DNA of 64,000 bases from Lytechinus pictus (GCF_037042905.1 NC_087246.1:66650001-66714000), one strand, 5' to 3'; shown: positions 46,918 to 59,749, counted from the first letter of the stretch. Numbers and translations are program-made. The notes: generated by a model from the letters alone, not told the origin.

Positions 46918-47053
46918 CAGGGGCGGATCCAGGATTTTCCAAAAGGGGGGGGGGGGCAAATTTTTCGGAGGAAAATTTTGACAAGCAAAAAAAAAAAAAG
47001 AAGGTTTTTACCCCCAAATAAAGGATATTTCGTACCCCCTGGATCCGCCAGTG
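46918..47053. mobile_element. Small hAT-type MITE
   Basis: CAGGGGCGGATCCAGG ... CCTGGATCCGCCAGTG with 8-bp TSD GTTACATC/GCTACATC. Confidence 0.7.
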
Positions 47054-49852
47054 GCTACATCCTATTATATCCATATATTCCGCTGACAAATATCTGAATG
47101 CATGTTTGAAAATAAACTTACAGGATTTTACAACCTCACAATTTGGGAAGAATGAACATATCACAAACTGAGCACATTGAACCATATAAATCTATGGAAT
47201 GTGTCAGGAGATAGATGATTAGCACTTCATGATACACCAAACACATAATTACTTTAGATTTGGCATCATAATATCCCTAATGACCCTTGTGACTTTTGAA
47301 AAGTGAAATTTGTGCATTTAAAATGCTTTTATGTACCTTCTTTATTAAAGGAGTAATATATGAAATTTCTCCACAATTACAGTATTCAACTACAAAATAT
47401 TCTATTTTTGCATAACAATTTCTTCCATAAATTGACAGTATATGCCTGATCAATAATTGTTTAAGAGTTATACATGTACTAAATGACTTTTAAAAAGGTG
47501 CAAAACAATTTACCAACAAGCCATATAAGAAACAAAGAGATATAAAAACAGAAATATGCAAATCATGAAGCGCCTCCCAACTACAAATGCATACCATACT
47601 CTATATCGTTCAGAGAAAATGTTGCTCCTTTGCTACCAAGATCACTTCCATAAAGTTGGCAGAGGTTAATATTTCTCACAAACAATGGTTTGTGCATCAA
47701 TAGGTACCTTCAAAATGTGCAAACACAGTTATTTACAAGCATAATAGACAAAGTAAATGGACACAATAAAAGCATTGAACACCTTCTAACTTCTGAAGGT
47801 GCATGCTCTGGAAACTTGTATGTAAGTCAGATAATCTATTTTAGATAGCTAGCAGATACTAACGGCTGATTCGTCAGTAGCTGGTTACATCATATTCATT
47901 ACAAGCATTGTTATATTTTTATACCTGTTTATCTCGGATGAAAATATACCAGTCAAAATTTTTGGCAATGAAGAAGGAACAAAATTCATTTTGCTTTTTT
48001 CATAGAGCTGGCCAAACATGGAGATTAAGCCATTCGATTAATATTAAAAGCATACATATATACAAAGGGTATAAGATTAAAGGTAAGGTATTGCAATCGA
48101 TTTTTAAATGCAATAAAATAAGTGTGCAGCATTGTAAAAATAGTTTTGCACTCAGTCGTCAGTTGATATCACACAAATATTGACTGAAAGGGTGTGTAAT
48201 ATGTAGATATTTTCCCGAAGCGAAAGCGCTTAAGAAAAAATATAATTCCTCAAAAAATATAAATCTGGTGGTCCAAAGAATGTTATTCTACACAACCTGT
48301 CAGTCAATATTTGTATCAACTGACAACTAGAGTCTCATGTTCTTCAAAATTACAAATACAGGTGTATATATATATATATATCTGACAAAAAAGCACCATT
48401 ATTATTCTCTCCTCTTATAATTCTCCATTATTTTGTTTTTAAATGCATAAATAAAACAAAGCAAAATATTTCAAGTGAAAATGACATGAAAATGAAAATA
48501 AAGGACAAGTTTTACGGTAACCAGACTTTCAAAGAAAAAAAATAAATAATGAAAGATAATAAATTAATAGAAGAAAGACAATTAAAAGGATGACCAACAC
48601 AGTCGAATGATAAAATAATTGTATATGACTATAGCCGACTCTGCATAATTCAATCTTCCATTTAATAATCAAATAATCATTACACTCAAAGCATTATTTG
48701 AGACAAGGATATGCAAAACGTGCTTCTCCTGTCCCAAGAGACTTGACTTTAAATCACCTGTAATTATGAATTCTATGTTCAGTGGCGTGAGTTGTGCAAG
48801 TGTTGTTCATACAAAATAAAGCTTAAGATACTCTTGGACTGACAACTAATTTGATATTTTTATTTATCAGTGTATCAATTGGTTTATGCCTGTTCATTTT
48901 TCTCAGTAGTTTGATACAAATCAGAACTTATACAATACACACTCCTCTTCAGTAATACAATTGCCAAGACACAGGACATGTTCTTATCAACATAATATCT
49001 GTTTTATAGGCCTGAAAAAGTGGAATAATTTATATACACACATCAGAAATGCACCATCATTGAATTACTTTAAGACGAAACTAAGGAAAAATCTTATGTC
49101 CAGTTCCTAAATTGAGTGATTTGCTTAGTTTCAGTTGTGAGATGATTAGTTTGACGATTCAATTACTATTTCATTTGATATAATGCATATAAAGTTGCCG
49201 TTTTGTTTTTGTTTTACCTTGTTATGTACTGTACTCTGTATGGAGATAAGTATTTAGTTTTATATTGTCTTTATTGTCTATATGTCTTGGTGCACTCGTC
49301 ACAAGCTTTGCTTCCGAGTTGCTACCTCCATTTTACTGTATCTTTTAGAAATGTATTAATGCTTTTACATTTGGAAATAAATGTTGAATTGAATTGAATT
49401 TGAAATGAAAATGTACTTGATAAGGTACTAGTATGCATTTATAGATTGTTCCTTAATATTCAGGACAACAATTTGTTTAGTAAAATATGCAAAAAGGGTA
49501 ATAGAAAGTAGATACTGAAAGGAAAATTGAGGGTAAGAGATGCAGGGGAAATAAATCAGAAAATGCATCATATACTTTACATGAAATCATTGGGTTTACC
49601 ATAACAACGCACTACAATCAGCAAATGACTCATTTAAATGAAGATTCTCTGTCCCCTCTCTTTATTTCAATATTAACCCCCTAGATATGTCTTCCTCTGT
49701 TGAATCAGGCTAACCAACATCCAAATAACATGAATATGAACGCAGTCACTGAAAGGCAAAAAAAAATAACACTCCAAGGCTCTTTTTATAAGGAATATTG
49801 CTGGAACTATATAACAATGACATAGATGACAACTGACAGATATCACAATCTT

Positions 49853-51928
49853 TTAAATGTGAAGTAAAGCAAATCTTTTATTTGATCCCCAGTCTCGGTC
49901 AGAGTCTATATCTTCAGTGGCTTGATTGCTGCTCTTTGGTGTTGCTCCTTGCTGCTGTATTCCCTTCTGCTGCTGACCTTGACCGGGCTTGGACTTCCTG
50001 GAGGACTGTTTCGATTGTTGACCATCACTAGCAGACATCTTCTGGCCAACCTTCCTAGCATTTGAAGTGATGAACTTATGCATTGAAACAAAGAGCTGAG
50101 ATGCTATTGGTGTGTCTTTGAAGAACATGACCACTGCGTACCTATTGGGTGGTACTGAATCATACCAAAGTGTCATGTACAAATTGTGCATTAACAGGCC
50201 ATTGAAGAGGATAGAAGCATCACGACAGTCTGGCAAGGGACTCTGAAGCAGTTCATTGAAGCAGATGCCATAGTATAGGCACTGCTGCCACTGAGAAAAG
50301 CTTTGAGAAATAACAGGATCAGGTTTTCTCTTTCTTAGCCGTCTTAGAGAATGGCTGAAGTTGGTGTACATAATCTTGCATTCACTCTTCAGATCCCTTG
50401 ATGGAGCAGAAGCTGCACATTGCCCTTGTAGTTCAGATGGTCCTCCATCTTTGCACATTCTGTTTTGTCTTTGGGTGTAGAGATAGACCCATCCGACAAG
50501 CAAAGAATTGATATGAAACTCATTGTAGTGGGAGTGTTCTGAGTTCATCCAGTATAACATCACAAGAATAGCAAGCTGGAAGGCAGCAGGGAACGTCAGA
50601 AGTTCCATGTGTGATGTAAGATTTGGTGCAAGAGCCTGAAGCAATAGTTTCTGCTTGTCTGTCTCATGGAGTGATGGAATTGCAGCCAAAGTGGGAAGCT
50701 CCCCATACCCCTCTAACAAGTCTAATGGGGAAACCTTCTTTCTCTTTAACCCACCTCCATCTCTAATATACACATGACATTCACTTGCTCCTTCATTTCC
50801 TTGCCTCCTATCAGCAAGGGCAATCCCAGACATCACTGAAAATAAAGCCTCTGATGGAAGCCAGACACTAGGCCGTCTTAGATCTTCCAATTGGACAGCT
50901 GAAAAACAGTATCCCATGCTCCTGATATTGATTAGCAAGCTGTCGATAGACCCTTCCTGATGAGCAGCAGCCACCCACACAGGTATCCCGACTGCAGTAC
51001 ACAGTTGAGACTTTGCTTGGAAATCTCTTGGATGTCTTTGTTTACCAAGGTAAGACACAAGGTTAGAGGAATCGTCCCTCGTCTGATACATTCCAATTGA
51101 AGCTTGTAAACAGGGCTCCAGGTCCTCATTTGGAAAACACTTCAGCACATCTTTCAAAATATTGGTAAATGACCTGTGTTCACTGAGCCAGCAAAGGAGA
51201 TCCTTCAACTTCTTTTGCCGCTTACTGCCGGTGCTGTCATACTTTCCGTACACCTCGCTTGAAAGAAATGGATCCAGTGAGTCAGGATTAATATAGTCAT
51301 TGCCAGCCAGTGTGGCGAAGAGAGGCAGCGACTCTTTTTTGACACGGAAGAAATTACAGAAATTGTTGACTTGATAGATGCGACTTCGAATATAGAATTT
51401 TCCTTTTGACTTCTGAACAACTGGCCACTTCAGCAATGACAAAGGAAGGTAGCCGCCAACAATATCCATTACCATAAAGTCACTATCTTCTCCTACCACT
51501 GGACACTGCCAATGATTGGCCAGCATGGCTATCTCTTTGTCTCCTTCAAACTCACTGATGGCAAATCCAATGTTCATCTCGGTAAGAACCTGCTTCACTA
51601 TGTATATATCTAGTGGAGACAAAAACACAATGTCTTCTCCATCGAACGCATCTTTGATTGATGAGATTGAGTCCCGAAGACGGTTTACCATGGTGTCGTG
51701 CTTTTTACCATCAAGGTCAAAGCATCCATCAAAGACCACATAGGGGGTACAGTTGCACTTAAGGAGACATTGGAAGAAGTCTCGGATCTCACTTTGAAGC
51801 TCAGCGTCAAGCAAATAATATACAAGTCCAAAACCATCTATAACAATCTTGGTATCCTGGAGGCAGAAGTCTTTGTAAAGTACTCTAGAATATGTGTTTA
51901 CAAGTGAAGTCAAGCCCCTGATACCCAT
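49853..51928 (-). CDS. ASTE1: Asteroid homolog 1-like protein (XPG/PIN-like nuclease fold), paralog A, 691 aa, single coding exon
   Basis: MGIRGLT start, IVIDG, YVVFDG, EGDKEIA, DSDF, AGNDY, FSQWQQC and C-terminal NKRFALL are asteroid-family features; 5'UTR acceptor at ~51995. Confidence 0.88.
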   Translation of the reverse strand: MGIRGLTSLVNTYSRVLYKDFCLQDTKIVIDGFGLVYYLLDAELQSEIRDFFQCLLKCNCTPYVVFDGCFDLDGKKHDTMVNRLRDSISSIKDAFDGEDIVFLSPLDIYIVKQVLTEMNIGFAISEFEGDKEIAMLANHWQCPVVGEDSDFMVMDIVGGYLPLSLLKWPVVQKSKGKFYIRSRIYQVNNFCNFFRVKKESLPLFATLAGNDYINPDSLDPFLSSEVYGKYDSTGSKRQKKLKDLLCWLSEHRSFTNILKDVLKCFPNEDLEPCLQASIGMYQTRDDSSNLVSYLGKQRHPRDFQAKSQLCTAVGIPVWVAAAHQEGSIDSLLINIRSMGYCFSAVQLEDLRRPSVWLPSEALFSVMSGIALADRRQGNEGASECHVYIRDGGGLKRKKVSPLDLLEGYGELPTLAAIPSLHETDKQKLLLQALAPNLTSHMELLTFPAAFQLAILVMLYWMNSEHSHYNEFHINSLLVGWVYLYTQRQNRMCKDGGPSELQGQCAASAPSRDLKSECKIMYTNFSHSLRRLRKRKPDPVISQSFSQWQQCLYYGICFNELLQSPLPDCRDASILFNGLLMHNLYMTLWYDSVPPNRYAVVMFFKDTPIASQLFVSMHKFITSNARKVGQKMSASDGQQSKQSSRKSKPGQGQQQKGIQQQGATPKSSNQATEDIDSDRDWGSNKRFALLHI

Positions 51929-54067
51929 ATTTAGATCCGAGTGTGCACGTCAACTGACATTAAGTCTGCCCTTGGTTGTATGCTGAATGGGCACCTGAAA
52001 GATATGAAGTTTAAAATTGATAACAATCATCAATTTAGTCAAATAAAACATCTAGTTGGTTTACCTATTCTTCATGATATTGGTATTTGCTTGTGGGCAT
52101 GAAAAGTAGAAGGCACTATGGACTTTTACCAGTTATGAGGGGTGATCTCCACTTGTCAAACTTCCCCAGTAGATGGCATCCTCATGTTATCTGTAAGCAG
52201 TCTGTTGAAGTATCTAGCTCCTAATTGATTTTCAGTAAGACAGTGGCCAGTCCATTAAAAAAATAATGTTTATGCAAGCCAGAGAGGTTAAAAGTGAGAA
52301 AAAATGTGATAATTATATTACTATTTGATACAAAATGTATACATAAACCTTTAGAATGATATGGAGGAAATTTATTTCAACCCGAAAAGAAGGATTTTTC
52401 TCTTAACAATCCACTACAAATTACAGTCTTGATTTGCTTTCAAAAAGATAATCCTCCGTCAAATTGACAATTATGCTTAGAAATAGGAACTTTCCAAGAA
52501 GAAACCTCAATATATTTTGCACACAAAGTTTCATATCATTTCATATGATCTTGGAAGATGCTGCTTGTGTCTTTATGAAATTATATAACAAATCTTGATG
52601 ATTGGGTATTGTGAGCTCAAGAGCCAAATTGCAACTTGATAGATTATGGAGAAAATATGAAATTTATGAAAGAAACAACTCCCATTTACAGTAAAATTGT
52701 CCATTTGAGGATTAATGCAAATCTGAATGTGATTAGATAATGTAGATCTGTGCACTTATATAATAGCACTTTGCTAGGAAGGAATTCTTTCTAGAGTGGA
52801 GAATGTGCATGTGTGGAACAACCTTTAAAAGAAAGACACAAAAAAAGACCCAAAAAAAGATGACTGGGGTAATGTAGATATAAAGTGCATGATGGAAACA
52901 CTGTATCAAGCAAAATACATAATCATCATTATCAATATTATATCATAAGAATTTGTCTTTCTGAAACTATCAAAAATTTGTCATTTTGCAATCTACTTGG
53001 ATGGAAGTTTTTTAAATACTTGTAGATTCTCTCTATCTCCCTCTTCATTTATTTCCCATGAGTTGTCTTCCTCTGAATCTGTTTATTCAAGTTAATCAAC
53101 ATTCAAATAGCATGAAAGTGATTGAAATCTAAAACCAAAGGATCGCTATAAACACTGAAACTCTTAAAAGGAACATCAATGAAGTTAAAAAACAATGGCA
53201 AGATTCATACAGAATAAAGAGTATAAAGTATGCATTAGATGCATAAGAAACAGACAAATGAAACTATACAAATGAATTGTACGTACATGGAACTTTCAAT
53301 TCATCAGACAAAAAAAATATCAAGAGTCAAAAGATACAAAGTATTTAGAGGCATGGGTATCAACTCAAATGTGTGATATAAACAGTAAACCATAAAATGA
53401 AACTAAATGACAGTCTGGAAATGTGTCCAAGATATATAGACCACTAATGTCCATGTCTGCATGCTCAGAATCAATGGTAAAAACAAGAAAAACCATGAAA
53501 AATAAACTCCAGTTTACATTATCAGTGAATGAGTAATTGCACTTGTAGAAAGAGGCTTTGTGGGAATCAAATGTGAAGTTGGACAAATCAATTTTACATC
53601 AACAACAATTGACCATTACTCTAGTCAATGATTTTACTGGCAGGATATAAAAAGGGAATATCACAAGCACAATTTATCTAATAATTTTAAAAACAGTATG
53701 GATAATTATGAATGTACTTGTCATTGAACCAAATGAGTATGAACAAATTATCATACTACCATATAGCCTATGACTACTATGCATTGCAAATTATTGGAGC
53801 AACAGTAGATATTACAAAGAAATTATTTTTCTACACAATCTTTGTGTACAAAAATAATGTATAAATTTAACATAATAAAAAAAAAATCACATACCCTCCC
53901 CCCACAAAAAAAAAGAATGAAAAAAAAAATCCACATGAACTAGCATACCAGATTGCACATTCGATTATTCACTAAAAAGCTTTGTTAAGTAAATCTAATC
54001 CAATCACTTGTCTTTCACAAAATATTTATCTGACAAACGACAATGGTTAACAAAATATCACAATCTA

Positions 54068-55040
54068 CAGTGCATATCAAAAAAAAGTTTACACTTAGAA
54101 AAAATCCTGTAAAATTATATATTGTAATATCCAGAAGATTTTTTCACATTTTAAGATTGGTACAGATCCATTTAAGCAAATGACAATATAATTGTTGAAA
54201 AATATTTCTGCTTGAGTGAGCACCACTTACTTTTGAAAAGTTAGTGAAAAATGATTTGCGTAGAACTTTGAAATAGTTATGCGAATAAAAGTAGACCTTA
54301 ATCATGAAGAACACGGGGAATTTAGCTAGTAAAATTTATTTGAAGATATCTTTTACCTGTTTTAACTTGTTTCCTTGCCCAAAACACTTTGAAGAGTGCA
54401 TTGCACCCCACACACCGAGGCCATCGTGACGATATTTGCTTTACACTCAGCTGTGATTTACATGAAATGGCTTAGGCTTGATTTTCATTTTGTTAATCAT
54501 TGTCAAGCTTGGGAAAAGTGTGCAGAAACAAGTATTAAATGTAAAATGAAATGTAAACCCACTTTAAATGATAAAAGACTTAGTAAAAAAAATGCTGGAG
54601 ATGTCTGATATAAACCTTTGTTCAGATTCAGTTATGTCCTCAGATCCAGCTTGCACAAAAAGGGGAAAGGTTGTGCTTACTAAGTGTTGAAATTTCAATG
54701 TGGGTGGCAAAATTGTTACAAAATGCTTGAATGTATCCGTTTATTTCAAATGGCTAAAAGTGCAAGGGAAATGTATGAGAAATGTTCCGCAGTGTAAGTT
54801 TGATTTCGCCCTTTCCCCTCGACACAACGTGAAAATGAGCATTTCTGCGCAAACAGATTTCTGTGTGCTTTAAAAAATGGACAGTGCTCACTCAAGTGTA
54901 ACATTCTGTCAAAACTTTTACTTTCATTGGATAGATGAGACCCAAACCCAAGATTATACGTGAAAAAATTACCCACATGTTGTATATTTTTAAATTCCCA
55001 GGGCTTTTTCAAAGTGTAAACCTTTTTTTGATACGCACTG
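54068..55040. mobile_element. Non-autonomous Tc1/mariner element (~970 bp)
   Basis: TA|CAGTGCATATCAAAAAAAAGTTTACACTT ... AAGTGTAAACCTTTTTTTGATACGCACTG|TA. Confidence 0.8.
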
Positions 55041-55047
55041 TATAATG

Positions 55048-57192
55048 TTACTGAAGTAAAGCAAATCTATTATTTGCTCCCCAGTCTTGGTCAGAGTCTG
55101 AATCTTCACTGGCTTGATTGCTGCTTTTTGACATTGCTCTTTGCTGCTGTCTTCCCTTCTGCTGCTGACCTTGACGGGATTTAGACTTCCTGGAGGACTG
55201 TTTGGATTGTTGACCATCAGATGATTTAGCAGACTTCTTCTGGCCAACCTTCCTAGCATTGGAAGTGAGGAACTCATGCATTGAAACAAAGAGCTGAGAT
55301 GCTATTGGTGTGTCTTTGAAGAACATGGCAACTGCCCACCTATGGAGGGGTTCCCTACCTGAAGCATCCCGAAGTGTCATGTACAAGCTGTGCATTAACA
55401 GGCCATTGAAGAGGATAGAAGCATCAGGACAGTCTGGCAAGGGACTCTGAAGCAGTTCATTGAAGCAGATGCCATAGACAAGGCACTGCTGCCACTGAGA
55501 GAAGCTGTGAGAAATAACAGGATCAGGTTTTCTCTTTCTTAACCTTTCTTGATGGTGGCTGAAGTTGGTGTGCATAATCTTGCATTCACTCTTCAGATCC
55601 CCTGGTGGAGCAGAGGCTGCACATTGCCCTTGTAATTCAGATGGTCCTCCATCTTTGCACATTCTGTTTTGTCTTTGGGTGTAGAGATAGACCCATCCGA
55701 CAAGCAAAGAATTAATATGAAGATCGTTGTAGTGGGAGTGTTTTGAGTTCATCCAGTACAGCATCACAAGAAGGGCAAGCTGGAAGTCCACAGGAAATGA
55801 CACAAGGTCCATGTGTGTTGTAAGATTCGGTGCAAGAACCTGACGCAAAAGTTTCTGCTTGTCTGTCTCTGGGAGTGATGGAATCATCGCCAAAGTTGGA
55901 AGCTTCCCATATCCTTCCAACAGTTGCAATGGTGAAACCTTCTTTCTTTGGAATCCATCACCATTTCTAATATACACATGACAGGTTTCTGCTCCTTTAC
56001 CCTTATTACCTTGTAGCCTTCTCGCAAAAACAATACCAGACAACACTGAAAACAGAATCTCTGACGGTAGCCATGCACTGGGCTGTCTTAGATTTTCCAC
56101 TTGAATACTGGAGAAACAGTACCTCTTACTCAAGACATTGATCAGTAGGTTCCCAAATAAACCTGCCTGGTGAGCTATGGCTACCCATACTGGTGTCCCT
56201 ATGACAGAACACAGTTGAGACATTGATGGGAAGTCTTTTGAAAGTCCTTGTCCCTCAAAGTAGGGTAGAAGGTTGCTGGAGTCAAGTCTTGTCTGATACA
56301 TTTCCATGGAAGCTTCAAATGAGGGTTCCAGTTCTTTCTTATTTGTGAGGGATTTCCACACATCTTTCAAAGCAGTAGCACTTGATCTCCGTTCACTTAG
56401 CCAGTAGAGAAGGTGTTCCAATTGTGTCTGTCGTTTATTGCCACTGCCACTGCCACTGTATTTTCCATACACCTGGCTTGAAAGAAATGAATTCAATGAC
56501 ATAGGATCAACATAGTCATTGCCAGCCAGTGTGGCGAAGAGAGGCAGCAATTCTTTTTTTACATGGAAGAAGTTACAAAAGGCATTGACTTGATAGATCT
56601 GACCCACAATGAAACACTTCCCTCTTCGGGACCTCTGAACAGTTTTCCACTTTAGCAGTGTCAAAGGAAGGTAGCCTCCAATGATATCCATCACCAAGAA
56701 GTCACTGTCTTTTCCAAGGACTGGACAACGCCAATAGTTGGCCAGGATAGCTATCTCTCTGTCCGCCTCAAACTGACTGAAGGCAAATCCCACGTTCAGT
56801 TCTGCAAGAACCTGCTTCATAACACAAAGACTCAGAGGAGGCATCAAAAGACCATTCCCTCCATGAATAAGCTCTCTAGCCATCCTGATCTTATCCTTGA
56901 ACCTGTCCAGCATAGTACCATGTTTCTTATCATCAAGGTCAAAACTGCCATCAAAGACCACATACGGGGTACAGTTGCACTTGAGAAGGTTCGTGAAGAA
57001 GTACTGGATCTTGGAGCGAAGCAGTTCATACTCCCCACCATGTGACATACGGTCTGCATGTTGAATTTGAGAAATAAGGTACCACAGGAGTCCAAATCCA
57101 TCAATGACAAGTTTAGTATCCTGGAGGACGATGTCTTTGAAGAGCTTCTTGGAGTGATTCTCCGCCAAAGTAGTGAGACCCCTGATACCCAT
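55048..57192 (-). CDS. ASTE1: Asteroid homolog 1-like protein, paralog B, 714 aa, single coding exon
   Basis: MGIRGLT, LVIDG, HGGEY, YVVFDG, EADREIA, DSDF, AGNDY and NNRFALL motifs; 5'UTR acceptor at ~57255. Confidence 0.9.
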   Translation of the reverse strand: MGIRGLTTLAENHSKKLFKDIVLQDTKLVIDGFGLLWYLISQIQHADRMSHGGEYELLRSKIQYFFTNLLKCNCTPYVVFDGSFDLDDKKHGTMLDRFKDKIRMARELIHGGNGLLMPPLSLCVMKQVLAELNVGFAFSQFEADREIAILANYWRCPVLGKDSDFLVMDIIGGYLPLTLLKWKTVQRSRRGKCFIVGQIYQVNAFCNFFHVKKELLPLFATLAGNDYVDPMSLNSFLSSQVYGKYSGSGSGNKRQTQLEHLLYWLSERRSSATALKDVWKSLTNKKELEPSFEASMEMYQTRLDSSNLLPYFEGQGLSKDFPSMSQLCSVIGTPVWVAIAHQAGLFGNLLINVLSKRYCFSSIQVENLRQPSAWLPSEILFSVLSGIVFARRLQGNKGKGAETCHVYIRNGDGFQRKKVSPLQLLEGYGKLPTLAMIPSLPETDKQKLLRQVLAPNLTTHMDLVSFPVDFQLALLVMLYWMNSKHSHYNDLHINSLLVGWVYLYTQRQNRMCKDGGPSELQGQCAASAPPGDLKSECKIMHTNFSHHQERLRKRKPDPVISHSFSQWQQCLVYGICFNELLQSPLPDCPDASILFNGLLMHSLYMTLRDASGREPLHRWAVAMFFKDTPIASQLFVSMHEFLTSNARKVGQKKSAKSSDGQQSKQSSRKSKSRQGQQQKGRQQQRAMSKSSNQASEDSDSDQDWGANNRFALLQ

Positions 57193-57655
57193 GTTTAGGT
57201 TTTCATGTGACTTGAAGTTGACTGCAGTATGGGATGTTCATTGCTCAAGGCAACCTGGGAAACAACAAAACCAGAAAAAAAATTTTTCTATGAATCCTCA
57301 CAACCTACCCCATATCGACTGGCTGATTTAAAGTATTGAATGCAAAAATAACAGTTTGACCTCACGTGCAGGGTTGAAATAAAAGAGTTTTTATTTTAAA
57401 AATCAAATAAAACATTTTTTCTTGTTTAAAACTTTTCCCCCCAAGGAATGATGCAATTTTCTGTAAACTATACACTTAGTACAGTATGATTTAAGCTCTT
57501 GATGTTTTAAATAAGAGATGACTACAATTTTGTTAATGAATTTCCAACAGAAAAGTTCATATTTCCCCCAAAATTACTAAATCATGGAAATTGAATGCCT
57601 ACAAAAAAAAGAACACTAAAAGTAAGTTGACATTTTATTCCTAATTCATGACATG

Positions 57656-58073
57656 CAGACCTGCCAACCTCTGGGAATGAAAAAGTGTATTCTGTGATAA
57701 AAAAAAGTGTATTTTCCCCCAAAAAAGTGTATTTCATAACAAAATGCGTGGCGCACTCGCTCATCGCGGTGCTTAAGCTGCATGCAAGCTAACATGCGCA
57801 CTGCTCTTGCAGATGAAAAAAACAAACATTTAAACATGTGTATATCTCATAATCTCACCCTGGTCTTAACAAAATGATTGTAAAAAAAACAGTTACCTGA
57901 AATTACATTGATCTAATAACCATATTTGTGTAAGTTTTATGAAATAAAGAAATATTGAGGTGATTTTTCTCAATAAATTACGATTTTGTTTTTTTAAAAG
58001 AAAAAACGTACTGCCGTATTTTGGTTGCAAAAACGTACTAAATACGCCAAAAACGTACTGGTTGGAAGGTCAG
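57656..58073. mobile_element. MITE (CAGACCTGCCAAC family; related degenerate copy at ~1485-1803)
   Basis: CAGACCTGCCAACC ... GGTTGGAAGGTCAG imperfect TIRs with subterminal aaaagtgtat/aaaacgtact repeats. Confidence 0.5.
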
Positions 58074-58320
58074 TACATGTACATAATAGTCCCAAGGTAT
58101 ATTGAGTCTTGTCAATCTAGGGAGGGGGAGAAAATTTGCACAATGGAAGAAATTGACATAATCTATGGGGTTTGAAAGCTTAACTTCATTACATAAATAT
58201 GCTTTATTTCATTTGAATCAATTATACCAATTTTAGTGCATGAAATACAAATTGAGTTCAAATCTTAAAATAAAGCCCTTTAATTTTTTAATTGAGGAAT
58301 TCTGATCAAAGTCATATTAA

Positions 58321-59749
58321 AAACAAGTGGAGCGCCTCTGGCAGTCTCACCTGCATCACATGATTCAATATAGCAGCAGTGCTGACTTTCAAAAATTACT
58401 ATAAAATAATTATTCACAAAAAAACACCATTCATATAATGATACAATACTATGTTCACTGACCTTAAATTACCTTTGACTTTGGTCATGTGACCTGAAAC
58501 TCACATGAGATGTTCAATGATACTTGATTCCTCTATGTCCAAGTTTTATGAACTAGATCCATACACTTTCAGAGTTATGATGGTTATTCAACAAATACCC
58601 CCAACATGGCCAAAGTCCACTGACCTTTGACCTTGGTCATGTGACCTGAAACTATCACAGGATGTTCAGTGATACTTGATTACTCTTATGTCCAAGTTGT
58701 ATGAACTAGACCAATAAACTTTCAAAGTTATAATGGTAATTCAACAATTACCCCCAACTTGGCCAAAGTTCATTGACCTCAAATGACATTTGAACTTGAT
58801 CATGTGACCTGAAACTCGCACAGGATGTGTAGTGATACTTGATTACTCTTATGTCTAAGTTTCATGAATCAGATCCATAAACTTTTAAAGTTATGATGGT
58901 AATTCAACAAATACCCCCAATTTGGCCAAAGTTCATTGACCCTAAATGACCTTCGACCTTGGTCATGTGCCTCAAAACTCAGGCAGGATGTTTAGTAATA
59001 CTTGATTAATCTTATGTCCAAGTTTCATGAACTAGGTCCATATATTTTCTAAGTTATGATGACATTTCAAAAACTTAAAGAGAAATTCCAGTAGTTGCAG
59101 TAAACACTGATTTCATGAGAAAGTCTGTAAAACCAGGCTTAATTGTCAGTATATCATCGAGGATCTAGATCTGGTACAGTTACATAAACTGAACTTTGTG
59201 AAATCTTGAAATCTACGCTGAATAATGTTCAGACTGAACTTCCCCAACACAGATAAGCGCACGTGGGACAGTGTATAATTATTGCTTTGAGCGTCGGGCC
59301 CGACGCTCGACCCGAATCCTGTGCTTATTTGCTGATTTCTCAGCAATTACACAATTTCTTCCAGAATCCTTTGGCACATGTGTTTTATTCATACAAACAG
59401 ACACTTTGGTGGTCATTTCATTGGATTCTGTACGAACTCATTTTGATATCGTTACCAAAACTAGCATTTACCTTTAACCTTAGGTTAAGATTTTGATGTT
59501 GATTCCCCCAACATGGTCTAAGTTCATTGACCCTAAATGACCTTTGACCTTGGTCATGTGCCTCAAAACTCAGGCAGGATGTTTAGTAATACTTGATCAA
59601 CCTTATGGTCAAGTTTCCTGAACGAAGTCCATATACTTTCTAAGTTATGCTGTCATTTCAAAAACTTAACCTTCGGTTAAGATTTGGTGTTGACGCCGCC
59701 GGAAAAGCGGCGCCTATAGTCTCACTCTGCTTCGCAGGCGAGACAAAAA
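58321..59749 (-). mobile_element. Second HINE copy, same family as 40585-41553, inverted
   Basis: Reverse complement matches both termini (aaacaagtgg...gtctcacctgca and gcggcgcctatagtctcactctgc...agacaaaaa) and the internal satellite units. Confidence 0.78.
59079..59473. mobile_element. TTAA-targeting (Kolobok-like) element nested in the HINE
   Basis: Interrupts caaaaacTTAAccttaggttaag, which is continuous in the other copy. TTAA duplicated at 59075-59078 and 59474-59477; imperfect TIR AGAGAAATTCCAGT/ACTAGCATTTACCT. Confidence 0.8.

Noticed and set aside
49906-57110. Short overlapping or antisense ORFs within the ASTE1 genes
   Set aside because: Shadow frames of the long CDSs with no independent evidence.
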